DNA of 58,125 bases. It comes from a virus (lineage: Duplodnaviria > Caudoviricetes). The notes under the pieces were generated by a model. That model did not search any database. It was given only the letters and a program-made list of their open reading frames with translations, and had not been told where the DNA came from. Positions 37,020 through 46,153 of the stretch are shown piece by piece (position 1 is the first letter of the stretch; every line of letters starts with the position of its first letter). The DNA lies in IMG/VR virus record IMGVR_UViG_3300035703_000105, positions 1-58,125 of that record. One strand, written 5' to 3'. Both the position numbers and the translations under genes were made by a program.

Positions 37020-37807
37020 CTCCATGGAAACTCATTCGGATCCCGATATTGATCTGACTCCTCAGGAATTAGACTGCTTGCGTACCTTAGAAGTTCTGGA
37101 TCTCTTAGATCAACTTCAGGATAGGCAGAACGTGAGCCTGTCGCAGTTGGCTTCTGATTCCATAGCTCAAAAAAGTGATCAATTACATCACCCGATGGAT
37201 CCCAATCGGATACTTTTTTCTCTAAATAAGCTATTGCCTTGACTTGTTGCGGAGAGCCATTAAAGTTCTCCGCAATATTCAACAAGCACTGGGGCAGAAT
37301 ACATTTATGTTCCACCAACAATGGAACATCTTTATCGCTCTCCAGGAACAAAGCAAGTTCTTGCCTGCGTCGATCAACCAAACCCATGTTCTGTTGATAG
37401 TTTTTACGCAGATAAGGAGACCATTCTTTAATGATCTTGGTCTTATGTGCCCTTTCGTTAATTAGTTTTAACAGGTTACTCTCTTTAAAACGTAAGTAAC
37501 CAATACTGTGAGCATAACTAAGCACTGCTCCCCTCTTCTTGGAAGTCAGTGGCATATAAACTACGCCAGCAATTAACTTTGCAAACTGTTCAAGATCAGT
37601 TTCTAACTGTTCTTCAATCTGAACTTTGTTTGCTTTGGTAAAACGATTAACGTAACTACGTCCAACCTTCTTACTGCCGTATCCAATTAACCAAAGGTTG
37701 TCATTTCCAGTAGCTTTGTACGAAACAAACTCATCAAAACCGACATGAATCCGGCAGGGGGTATGCCGCCGGATCAGTTTCAACGCGTACTCTGTAACAA
37801 AAGACAA
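37016..37807 (-). CDS. GH24 lysozyme-like protein (divergent active site)
   Basis: WLIGYG...GAVLSYAHSIG...GLVDRRRQELALF; lacks the usual FEG glutamate. Confidence 0.7.
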   Translation of the reverse strand: MSFVTEYALKLIRRHTPCRIHVGFDEFVSYKATGNDNLWLIGYGSKKVGRSYVNRFTKANKVQIEEQLETDLEQFAKLIAGVVYMPLTSKKRGAVLSYAHSIGYLRFKESNLLKLINERAHKTKIIKEWSPYLRKNYQQNMGLVDRRRQELALFLESDKDVPLLVEHKCILPQCLLNIAENFNGSPQQVKAIAYLEKKVSDWDPSGDVIDHFFELWNQKPTATGSRSAYPEVDLRDPELLRYASSLIPEESDQYRDPNEFPWS

Positions 37808-37830
37808 CAGGCCAGGAGCCCTGCCAGGGC

Positions 37831-38217
37831 TTAGGGAACGTCAATGCTCCCGTTATAGCTCACTTCGCTGTAAGCGTCAGGCATGGTCAGAATAACCAAG
37901 TAGTTCTTAGCTGCATTGGTTACGGTCACACCAACAACACCTTTGCCACGACCAGCCTTGCCAACATTAAAGAACTTCTGATAACCGGTAGGAGCATTGC
38001 CTGCCGTGTAATCGTCGTCCTGGAAGATCTGAATGGTTTCAATGCCAGTGCTGCGTTCCAGATTGACAATGATGTTTCCAGTAGTAGCTGGATTAATCAG
38101 AAAAGCACGCTGGCTGAGGTCACCCGTAGAGCCAGGCAGAGCATCGCCCTTGTAAGTAATTTCAGCACCACTGCTGATGAAGGTGTCTTGGGTACCTTGG
38201 AATGTACGAGTAGCCAT
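37831..38217 (-). CDS. Putative structural protein
   Basis: T/G-rich beta composition. Confidence 0.5.
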   Translation of the reverse strand: MATRTFQGTQDTFISSGAEITYKGDALPGSTGDLSQRAFLINPATTGNIIVNLERSTGIETIQIFQDDDYTAGNAPTGYQKFFNVGKAGRGKGVVGVTVTNAAKNYLVILTMPDAYSEVSYNGSIDVP

Positions 38218-38219
38218 TA

Positions 38220-38441
38220 TCAGCTGATTTGGTTATGAGTTTGAAATTGGAAGTTAATGTCAGCATCAATGCCGTGTTCTTTCAGAATGCTTAAGAACAT
38301 TTGACGGTCCATCATTTTCATGTGGAGCATGTCAACAAAAGCTTCCTCTAGTTCATCACGGTCTAGATCTTTGATTGCCAGAGCTGCTGCATGGATAGCA
38401 AACTCGCTATCAATTGGCAGATCCAGCGCATTGGCATCCAT
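38220..38441 (-). CDS. nblA: NblA-like phycobilisome degradation protein
   Basis: LDLPIDSEFAIHAAALAIKDLDRDELEEAFVDMLHMKMMDRQMFLSILK follows the NblA hydrophobic pattern. Confidence 0.6.
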   Translation of the reverse strand: MDANALDLPIDSEFAIHAAALAIKDLDRDELEEAFVDMLHMKMMDRQMFLSILKEHGIDADINFQFQTHNQIS

Positions 38442-38733
38442 TGAAAAATTTACCAATCCTTGAGTACATCCTAACAGCTCTCCAATTTTTGGCTACTAAG
38501 TGCTTGTAGTCCTGATGCCAAGGGGCATGTAACGCTGGTCCACTGCAAAATGTGGCTCGTCTGGAGCGCCGTCAAAAATCCCTGGGCGCAGCTCAGGCAG
38601 CCTAGTGGTGACGTAGGTATTTAGAAATGATTTTGGATCCACTGATCTGTTTAGTTTTGTTTAAGAAACAACTGCTGAGCGCAATTGTTCCGACGTAAGT
38701 CAAACCAAAAATAATCACCAGGGATTCCATGGA

Positions 38734-39192
38734 TCAACCTAAGTTGGATTTGAGTAGCCATTGGAATTTTTTATGTGCTCGGCCACGTTCTATAGCCAAA
38801 TCTAAAGTGAGCTGATCCTGCATTGCTTCTGCTTCTTCTGCTAACAAATTAAACGATTCCGCCAGGGAATTGTTATTCATAGCCAGAGCACGGATCATTC
38901 CATCCTGGTCAAAACAACTTTCTGGAATGGGTTGCATAACTGCATTATTGAGATCTTCTACTGTCATTGGAGTAGAAATATCTAAAGAACGCAAGTGTTC
39001 AGCAATGGTATCAAGACCGTCTTGCATCTCTTCATAAATTTCTTGGGTAAGTTTATGAATGGAATAAAACTTACCGCCCATTAAATTCCAATGGACAATG
39101 TAAGTTTGGTTCAAAAGATACGATGTGTCACGCAGTAACTGCACCAAGTGACAGTAACAAGTTGACTTGGAATCCATTTTTACTTTGGCCAT
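38734..39192 (-). CDS. dps: Dps-family ferritin-like protein
   Basis: HWNLMGGKFYSIHKL..EIYEE...DTIAEHLRSL...HKKFQWLL. Confidence 0.9.
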   Translation of the reverse strand: MAKVKMDSKSTCYCHLVQLLRDTSYLLNQTYIVHWNLMGGKFYSIHKLTQEIYEEMQDGLDTIAEHLRSLDISTPMTVEDLNNAVMQPIPESCFDQDGMIRALAMNNNSLAESFNLLAEEAEAMQDQLTLDLAIERGRAHKKFQWLLKSNLG

Positions 39193-39197
39193 CTTAA

Positions 39198-39485
39198 TCA
39201 CCATTTAACTTTATGACTCCAGTAACGAGCCGACATTTTATCTGGACTGGGATCTTGTGCGTTATGTCTAGCATAGTATGACCGTTTTCTTGCTTTATCT
39301 TTTTCTGTCTTTGGATTTTTTCCTGCACCCTTTACACCTTGTTGGCCAAAGCGAATAATTTTTTCTTTCCCATCAGAACAAGCTTTAACCACGTGGGATT
39401 TGGTTGGATGCCCTGGGGTGCGTTGCGGTTTGTTGCACGCCATGTGCTCCTTAGCTAACCGTTTGGCTTTTGCGTGATCAGCCAT
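39198..39485 (-). CDS. Small basic conserved phage protein
   Basis: KIIRFGQQG...RKRSYYARH...SARYWSHKVKW. Confidence 0.7.
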   Translation of the reverse strand: MADHAKAKRLAKEHMACNKPQRTPGHPTKSHVVKACSDGKEKIIRFGQQGVKGAGKNPKTEKDKARKRSYYARHNAQDPSPDKMSARYWSHKVKW

Positions 39486-39691
39486 CAGGACCCCATGTAG
39501 TTAGCACGACGTTCTTCGCTGGTTACTTCCATGCTGGGAACGCCTAGAACGCGGTTCTCCCAGGTCGTAGGCCACCGTTCATAGCGGGTCTTGTTAAGGG
39601 CCTCTTCTGGGCTTAGACGCTCACGATTCTTTTCGATAAAGTCACGCGTGAACTGAAGAGCACTAGGTTCAGCAGTACTGCCAGGCATCAT
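39485..39691 (-). CDS. Hypothetical protein
   Basis: Overlapping start/stop with neighbours. Confidence 0.5.
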   Translation of the reverse strand: MMPGSTAEPSALQFTRDFIEKNRERLSPEEALNKTRYERWPTTWENRVLGVPSMEVTSEERRANYMGS

Positions 39692-40068
39692 GGTGAGCTA
39701 ACGGCTAGATCAAGTTGTTTAAACCAGTGCAGTGTCTGCGGTTTCTGCTCTAGCCACTTTTTAATTTTACTTACCTTCTCCTCAGAATACAAAGGGTGTC
39801 CTTCTTTTAACCAATCAAAAGGTAAAGTACTGGCCTTACATGTGTTACATGCTGCACAACAACAGGCCAGGTTATTTCTGGTACTTTGCCCACCTTTATG
39901 TTTTGGAACAATGTGATCAATTGTGGCAGTGCGTTGACAAAGTTCTTTGTCGCAGTAAGCACATTTCCATTCCCAGGCTTCAAATATCGACTCTCTAAAT
40001 TTCTTGCGAGCACTTTTAGGGCTAAGAACAATGAGATTTGCTAAAAGATCGTTCTCACAATGAAACAT
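39688..40068 (-). CDS. HNH endonuclease (McrA-type)
   Basis: CAYC...TIDHIVPKHKGG...NLACCCAACNTCK. Confidence 0.9.
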   Translation of the reverse strand: MFHCENDLLANLIVLSPKSARKKFRESIFEAWEWKCAYCDKELCQRTATIDHIVPKHKGGQSTRNNLACCCAACNTCKASTLPFDWLKEGHPLYSEEKVSKIKKWLEQKPQTLHWFKQLDLAVSSP

Positions 40069-40138
40069 GATTATTCATGATTCCTAACACAAGCCTATGG
40101 TGCACAAACCTGTACCGTGCGGTAGACTGTGCTTGCCC

Positions 40139-40224
40139 GGGAGCGTGGCGGAATTGGTATGCGCTGCGGACTTAAAATCCGCTGGTCTTCGACCTTGTGG
40201 GTTCGAGTCCCACCGCTCCTACCA
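40139..40224 (+). tRNA. trnL: tRNA-Leu(TAA) with encoded CCA
   Basis: GGGAGCG/CGCTCCT acceptor, GCGGA-CTTAAAA-TCCGC anticodon arm, long variable arm, TTCGAG T-loop. Confidence 0.95.
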
Positions 40225-40225
40225 T

Positions 40226-40299
40226 CGGGATATAGCGCAGCTTGGTAGCGCAACTGCTTTGGGAGCAGTGGGTCGCAGGTTCGAATCCTGCTATCCCGA
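40226..40299 (+). tRNA. trnP: tRNA-Pro(TGG)
   Basis: CGGGATA/TATCCCG acceptor, ACTGC-TTTGGGA-GCAGT anticodon arm, TTCGAAT T-loop. Confidence 0.95.
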
Positions 40300-40307
40300 T
40301 TGTCAAA

Positions 40308-40547
40308 TCACTCAACAAATCCAATAGAACGGAGAAATTCTTCTTCGTCATCCTCTGCTGGGTCATAGTTTGCATCTTCTAAAAGCTTTAACAAGAAGTG
40401 ATGCACACGCTCCGTAACCCAGCGCAAATCTTCATCTTTAATATCGCAAACAATAGCGTCCAAACGAAGCTCACGGGACGGCTCACGAATGTGATCCGCA
40501 ATCAGCTCTAGAGCCTTGTACCGCCCCTTGGTGAACTCATTAAGCAT
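40308..40547 (-). CDS. Hypothetical protein
   Basis: ORF track. Confidence 0.55.
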   Translation of the reverse strand: MLNEFTKGRYKALELIADHIREPSRELRLDAIVCDIKDEDLRWVTERVHHFLLKLLEDANYDPAEDDEEEFLRSIGFVE

Positions 40548-40816
40548 CAGTCTGCACCAATGCCAACGATAGCGTCTTTAATGTCATCTTGTTCTTGTTC
40601 AGCAATGCGCTTGCTGGCAATCTCAAGGATTTCTAAAGCGCCTTGAATTTTTAAGTAGCCTTCTTTGCTACGCAACAAACCTTCTTCTGTAGCTCGAATT
40701 TCACTGGTCAGATTAGAAAGCTGGATAGTCAGACCTTTCTCCAGGTCAATAAGGATCTCTTGCATGGTGAGTTTAACTCTTGCCAAATAATAACTTACTT
40801 GAGATCTAACCACCAA
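40547..40816 (-). CDS. Coiled-coil hypothetical protein
   Basis: ORF track. Confidence 0.5.
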   Translation of the reverse strand: MVVRSQVSYYLARVKLTMQEILIDLEKGLTIQLSNLTSEIRATEEGLLRSKEGYLKIQGALEILEIASKRIAEQEQDDIKDAIVGIGAD

Positions 40817-42036
40817 CCAGTGCCGTTACCTTCGACAGTCCAGCGAGAACGCAAAAGGTTGTAGCTGTAGTACAAGCGTTCTCCATTGGTACTGATGTAG
40901 GTTCCAGTGGCATGATCAATTTCACCCCAGGGGTCATGAACAATGAAGCGCTTTAGCTCATCCTCATACCCAATCACACAGATCCAATGCCCACCGCCAC
41001 TGGGTTTTTCTTTTGGCCCTTTGTGTAAGATTCCAATTGGGCAGGGGATGTTTCGATTTAATCGAACAATTAAATCGTCAATCTTTCCATCCTGACGGAA
41101 TGTAGCAACAACACCAAGGCTATTTAATACCTTGACTTGAGTAGCAGCTTGTGTTGTATCGCCAATAGCAAAGACCTTCTTAATGTACTCATTGTCATTA
41201 GCAACGCAGCCAGGACGCAGGTACATGGCAGCCATAGCACAACTAGAAGAAAAACAAGTTCTGTTTGCATCTCTATAGTTATCCCGTTGTGATTGATAAG
41301 GGACAGCAAGCAAAACACCGTCATACTTAACATCTTGTTTGTTTTCTGGTCGGTGTAATACTCCCCCTAAACCATACCAATGCTCATCAAATAGCCACCA
41401 AGTACCTAAGCCATAAGGCAACACGACCTGTGTGTGATCATCTTTCTTTTGCAGTACACGTACACCTTTATAAGTTCGATCTTTTTTAATCCAAGCTTTC
41501 TCATTAGAAGGTAAGTCTTGGCTTTGAATTGGTTCTTTTTTGATGTATGTATTGGTAACAGAACAAATATCAACCAACTTAACAACAACTGGTTGACCAG
41601 AACAAAACAACTTGACTTCAGCTTCCCGTCTACGCACAAGCCCTGGCAATGGCCCATTATCCCCATTAACCCACTTAGGTAACTCTTGTTGAGCCACCTT
41701 ATTAGGATCCTCTTTGTTATTAAGTCGTTTCCTTAATGTGGATTGCGCCAATGCAGTAGTTCCACAATTAAAAGCAAAGGAAACAAGAGCATCAAATTGT
41801 TGTTGATTTAACGGTACGGTTATATTCTTTTCAACTGATTCTTCAAAACGAATTAAATCTTCACGCAACAAATCTTCTGCTTGCTTCTCTGTAACAACTT
41901 GTCCAGGTTTAACATCAAGGGTATGTCCATATCCAATTGTTAGTACCCCAGCTGGACAAACATAGGCTTTAAGTTGCAGCCCTTCAAAAGATTTAATGAG
42001 GTTAATCCCTTCTTGAGAAGTTCTCATTTTATTCAC
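40795..42036 (-). CDS. Endolysin: GH24 lysozyme plus C39-like peptidase domain
   Basis: LIKSFEG...YVCPAGVLTIGYGHT...GLVRRR; VPYQSQRDN...CFSSSCAM...GHW...HDPWG. Confidence 0.93.
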   Translation of the reverse strand: MNKMRTSQEGINLIKSFEGLQLKAYVCPAGVLTIGYGHTLDVKPGQVVTEKQAEDLLREDLIRFEESVEKNITVPLNQQQFDALVSFAFNCGTTALAQSTLRKRLNNKEDPNKVAQQELPKWVNGDNGPLPGLVRRREAEVKLFCSGQPVVVKLVDICSVTNTYIKKEPIQSQDLPSNEKAWIKKDRTYKGVRVLQKKDDHTQVVLPYGLGTWWLFDEHWYGLGGVLHRPENKQDVKYDGVLLAVPYQSQRDNYRDANRTCFSSSCAMAAMYLRPGCVANDNEYIKKVFAIGDTTQAATQVKVLNSLGVVATFRQDGKIDDLIVRLNRNIPCPIGILHKGPKEKPSGGGHWICVIGYEDELKRFIVHDPWGEIDHATGTYISTNGERLYYSYNLLRSRWTVEGNGTGWWLDLK

Positions 42037-42287
42037 TCAACGTTACGAGAAAGGCTGATCAATGTTGTCAGCACACTCATCATAACTGTGATGGTTCTGG
42101 CATCCACATCGGTACACCCCATAGGCTGTGGATCAATCTTGTCACCTTGTGGCGTGCCGACATATCTGGCATACCAAGGCCATACCTGAGGAAGTACGTA
42201 GAACCTGCAGGCTCCCCACTGAACAACTGATACTAACAAGATAGCTGCAGCTGTACCAACAATGGATCGCCACAACCAGTTTGTCAT
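42033..42287 (-). CDS. Holin-like membrane protein
   Basis: Two hydrophobic segments; overlaps the endolysin start. Confidence 0.5.
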   Translation of the reverse strand: MTNWLWRSIVGTAAAILLVSVVQWGACRFYVLPQVWPWYARYVGTPQGDKIDPQPMGCTDVDARTITVMMSVLTTLISLSRNVE

Positions 42288-42291
42288 GGCA

Positions 42292-42729
42292 TCAAGTTAC
42301 ACGTACTTGAACAACAGATCCATTGCGGTAAATACTACCAACAGCGACACCACCAGCTGCCGCTGCAGTGTCATCGGCATAGTTACCTAAACCAGAGAAA
42401 TTAACTTTTGAAGGAACAACAGTTCCATCAGAAGGTGTGCCAATGTTAATTGCGTCACCTCCAATTACACCAAAGAAAGTTAAACCACTGGCCGGAGCTG
42501 TTGTAAAGGTAATAGTGTTAGTGCTAACCGTATAGTCAACTCCTGGTTCTTGGATAACACCGCCAAGAGAAACAATCAACTGATTAGCACTAGCAGCCGT
42601 TACATAGTATGCACTAGTACCAGGTGGAACTGAAGTAATGAAGCTTGTAGTTACTCCATTAAAGCTAGGCGAAATGTCCGTAAGCTTTCGCCACTGTCCA
42701 ACTGTAGGTGCGTTCCCGATGTAACTCAC
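42292..42729 (-). CDS. Tail/baseplate-associated protein
   Basis: YIGNAP...SFNGVTT...SLGGVIQEPG, paralogous to the fibre N-terminus. Confidence 0.7.
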   Translation of the reverse strand: MSYIGNAPTVGQWRKLTDISPSFNGVTTSFITSVPPGTSAYYVTAASANQLIVSLGGVIQEPGVDYTVSTNTITFTTAPASGLTFFGVIGGDAINIGTPSDGTVVPSKVNFSGLGNYADDTAAAAGGVAVGSIYRNGSVVQVRVT

Positions 42730-42781
42730 AGCAATACCTTATCAATCCTGTTATTCTAAATCAAGTTAGTAGAGAGTAGGT

Positions 42782-45034
42782 CTACGCGGTTTCCAAAGCT
42801 GCAACTTTGGCCTCAAGAGTTTCGATCTTGGTAAGCGCCTCTTGAAGTGCCTTGGTTATTGGCGCAATGAACTGGTCGTAGCGCAGGGCTTGCTGGCTAT
42901 CGGGGTCATCTTTGTTGGTGAGAACCCAGCCACCAAAGTCAACGCCAGCAGCGTCAACAGCTTCTTTTACCTCTTGAGCGATGAAGCCCCAGTGGGTGCG
43001 GGTGCCGGGGAGTGTTTCGTAAATGCAATCGCCGTTTTTATCGTATTCCCCTGTATGGTGCTGACCACCTTCAACCCATTTGTAAGAAACGGGGCGAAGA
43101 GTTTTTATAAACTCAGAGCCAAGTTGCGAGTCATTGATAGCAGTTTTTGCGCGTTGGTCAGAAGTTTGAATTGTTCCGTTTGCGGCCCATACAGCAGACC
43201 ACCGATAACCACTTTTGCCGAGAAGGCAAGAATTATCAGTAAATGGAAAAAGCTCTGTAACGTTTCTCCATTGCACCTCTGTATTACTCTTAATATGTAT
43301 CCGCTCCGTCGGGATGCTCGCTCCGTCGGCGGTGGTAGAAAATACCAAACGGCCCGGCATGTCGTTAGCGCCGGGGGTGCCGTCTACTCTGGCTTCAATA
43401 GATGCTGCTCGTACAAACTGTGCTCCATCATTACCTTCAAAAAAAATATAACCAAGATTGTCGTTATCTTGGACAATAGTATTTGATCCAATAGTTGAGC
43501 CTCGGCTCCTATTAAGAACGATATGTGGGCCTTGGTCAGACGCATTAGTGTTTGAAGTAAAGGATGCACCACTTGTCAAGTAATCTGTGCCTTCCACTTG
43601 AAAGCGCATGTCTTGATTTGTAGCGCTAAAATTATTTCCACGGCTCGTAGACGTACCAACTAGCAACCTGCCGGAGCTGTCAATGCGGACGCGTTCGGTG
43701 CCAGATGTGAACCACCTGTGAATCCCGTTTGATGCACCTCCAGCCCAATACTGAGTATCGCCGGCATCACCAACCGTAAGGCCATAGCTTTCATTAGCGT
43801 CTTTATAAAGATAAAACTTTAACTTATCCTTTGAGGCGGGGGATCCACTGTATGTATTATCTAGCCTGATCGCTGTAGGGGTTGAGCTAACGCCAGACCC
43901 TCCCCCAACTGTCAATAAATAATCAGGACTCGTAGTGCCAATCCCTACGCGGCCTGAGGAATCTATAGTCAACCTTTCGGCGGTACTTCCACCGTCTGGT
44001 TTTGTATAAAAACTAAGTTGAGCACCGTTTGTGCCAATTTTACTATTTAAGATGAATGATTGATCTGTGGCGCCATCATTTGTTTTAAAGTAGATCCCGC
44101 CGTATGAGTTATCTGATGCCCTGTTCCAAATGCCGATAGCTTGTGCAGTACTGGGTGCAACAACACTAAAGGCTTGTCCAGGGCTACTAGTCCCCAGACC
44201 TAAGCGGCCAGAGCTGTCGATAACGGCTCGTTCAGTATTTGCAGTAAAAAACTTAATACTGCCAGACTCTGTGTTAGCAAAGTTAAAGTTCAACCCATCT
44301 TGAACTAATTGCGTGCCGTCTCCCGTTCCGTCTCCTGTCGTACTATTTCTAAAAGTGAGCCTTGGAAAACTTGCATCATAGATAGCAAGTCCTAAGCCGT
44401 TTGCAGAAGGAGCTGTGCTAGTACCAATGCCAACGTTGCCTGCACTATTGACAAACAACCGTCCAGTGCCATTAGTCGAGATGGCTAGTTGATCTGCACC
44501 AGGGCTATAAATACCTGTATTTGGATCAGAGTTAAAAGTGTAAACAGGATTGCCTGCTGTACCTAAACCACCAGTCCGAACTTGTCCGTTTGCATCAATA
44601 ATTAAACGAGCTGTCCCGCCAGTAGTAAATCCAATTTCATTTGCATTTGGATTATAGATACCGGTATCCAGATCGTTATCAAACGTAATACTGGGAACAG
44701 TTACACTACCGCTAGGAAAATTAGCGCCAACATTAACGTAGTCAGCACCAGCAAGAATTACACCAAAGAAATCTGCACCACTAGATGGCGCAGAACTAAA
44801 AATAATATTGGTCCCACTAATACGGAAACCTTCTGTGCCTGAATCATCAGGACGTTGAACAACGCCCCCAACAGAAATCAAACACTGGTTTGAACTGATA
44901 GGGAAAGGTACAGGTGCAGCACCACTAACTCTCAGTGCAAACGTTGTGGTAACACCGTTAAAGCTACCAGAGATGTCATCAATGTTCCGGTAGGAAGGAA
45001 AAGCAACCTGAAGAGTGTTACCTAAATAAGCCAC
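42782..45034 (-). CDS. Tail fibre with C-terminal peptidase S74 chaperone
   Basis: GNVGIGT/RIDSSG repeats; TSDQRAK...HWGFIAQEV. Confidence 0.9.
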   Translation of the reverse strand: MAYLGNTLQVAFPSYRNIDDISGSFNGVTTTFALRVSGAAPVPFPISSNQCLISVGGVVQRPDDSGTEGFRISGTNIIFSSAPSSGADFFGVILAGADYVNVGANFPSGSVTVPSITFDNDLDTGIYNPNANEIGFTTGGTARLIIDANGQVRTGGLGTAGNPVYTFNSDPNTGIYSPGADQLAISTNGTGRLFVNSAGNVGIGTSTAPSANGLGLAIYDASFPRLTFRNSTTGDGTGDGTQLVQDGLNFNFANTESGSIKFFTANTERAVIDSSGRLGLGTSSPGQAFSVVAPSTAQAIGIWNRASDNSYGGIYFKTNDGATDQSFILNSKIGTNGAQLSFYTKPDGGSTAERLTIDSSGRVGIGTTSPDYLLTVGGGSGVSSTPTAIRLDNTYSGSPASKDKLKFYLYKDANESYGLTVGDAGDTQYWAGGASNGIHRWFTSGTERVRIDSSGRLLVGTSTSRGNNFSATNQDMRFQVEGTDYLTSGASFTSNTNASDQGPHIVLNRSRGSTIGSNTIVQDNDNLGYIFFEGNDGAQFVRAASIEARVDGTPGANDMPGRLVFSTTADGASIPTERIHIKSNTEVQWRNVTELFPFTDNSCLLGKSGYRWSAVWAANGTIQTSDQRAKTAINDSQLGSEFIKTLRPVSYKWVEGGQHHTGEYDKNGDCIYETLPGTRTHWGFIAQEVKEAVDAAGVDFGGWVLTNKDDPDSQQALRYDQFIAPITKALQEALTKIETLEAKVAALETA

Positions 45035-45063
45035 AATCTTGTACTCTTTACTATTTTGTTATT

Positions 45064-45396
45064 CTACTTGACTGTATTAGGACCAGCAAAGCTTGGTTTG
45101 ATTGGCCAAACAACAACAGTGGAAGGTTCTTTCTTGAAGGTTTGTGGAATGTCTCGTAATGTTTGACGATAACTGGCCCAAGCACCCTGATCAACAGTTG
45201 CACCTGGCGTCATAACCCAATCAGTTAACTGCAAAAGACAGTCTCTTTTCTTGCGAACATTCTCCCACGTGCTATCGTCTAGCAACAAAATATCTGAATC
45301 CTCAAAAACCTTGTTGATTAATAGCTCAACATGGGTTTTTAAAATTGCAATCTCATTTTCTAGCTCGTCAATATCGTGATTACGTGTTAAGCCCAT
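45064..45396 (-). CDS. Tail fibre assembly chaperone-like protein
   Basis: VRKKRDCLLQLTDW...WASYRQTLRDIPQ...WPIKP. Confidence 0.8.
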   Translation of the reverse strand: MGLTRNHDIDELENEIAILKTHVELLINKVFEDSDILLLDDSTWENVRKKRDCLLQLTDWVMTPGATVDQGAWASYRQTLRDIPQTFKKEPSTVVVWPIKPSFAGPNTVK

Positions 45397-45398
45397 AG

Positions 45399-45743
45399 TT
45401 ACGGAGTTTGTTCAAGATAACTGACAGTAATGTCAAGAGCTGTTGCCGTATCAGCTCGTGCTTGTAACTTATCGCTTGATTGAAGAATAACTTTATTGCC
45501 CAAGATTAATTCTAGTGTGGAGCCTGCAGGAACAGGTGCATTTCGAATCAAGTAAACATCGTCTCCAGTACTGCGATCCAAATAAACATCCACATTTGCA
45601 CTTGTTGATGTTTTATTTGCAGCCATGATGCTGAGAATAATCAGGGTGGCTGTACTACCTGCTGTTACAACAGTTGCAGTTGGGTCAGTAATTGTTGCTG
45701 TAACCAAGCTGGATTTGGTATTGTTCTTAAAAGTGTTTGCCAT
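45399..45743 (-). CDS. Structural protein
   Basis: MANTFKN...NKVILQSSD pattern. Confidence 0.65.
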   Translation of the reverse strand: MANTFKNNTKSSLVTATITDPTATVVTAGSTATLIILSIMAANKTSTSANVDVYLDRSTGDDVYLIRNAPVPAGSTLELILGNKVILQSSDKLQARADTATALDITVSYLEQTP

Positions 45744-45744
45744 A

Positions 45745-46149
45745 TCAGCTTAAAGCAACAATAAGAGCGAGGTTGTCAGAAGATGTAAACGAGCCCGAAA
45801 CTGTAAGATTGCCAACAATAGAAACGTTGTTGGTAAAAGTTGCGGTACCTGATGAATCTATTGTAATTCTAGCAACTCCCCCAGTTACCAACGCAAGTTG
45901 GTCTGAGCCAGGACTAATAATGCCGGTATTAGGATCACTTGCAAACTTTAACGCACAGCTAGATAAACTTCCTGGTGACAGCCCCATATTGGTTCCATCT
46001 TGCCGAAGCAAAGGAAAACCACCTGATGTGCTGCCGTCATGAACAACACAAACATTTTTACTGGTATCAACTGTAACTTCTGCAACAGCTCCTGTAAATA
46101 AAGCTGTTTCGCCAGTTGAACCGCGCCTAAATTGTACTTGCGTTGCCAT
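45745..46149 (-). CDS. Tail protein with Mtd-like N-terminal domain
   Basis: QVQFRRGST...FTGAVAEVTVDT...VHDGSTSGG. Confidence 0.75.
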   Translation of the reverse strand: MATQVQFRRGSTGETALFTGAVAEVTVDTSKNVCVVHDGSTSGGFPLLRQDGTNMGLSPGSLSSCALKFASDPNTGIISPGSDQLALVTGGVARITIDSSGTATFTNNVSIVGNLTVSGSFTSSDNLALIVALS

Positions 46150-46153
46150 AAGT

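Noticed and set aside
40097-40327. 76-aa ORF over the tRNAs
   Set aside because: Spurious translation of tRNA-Leu and tRNA-Pro.
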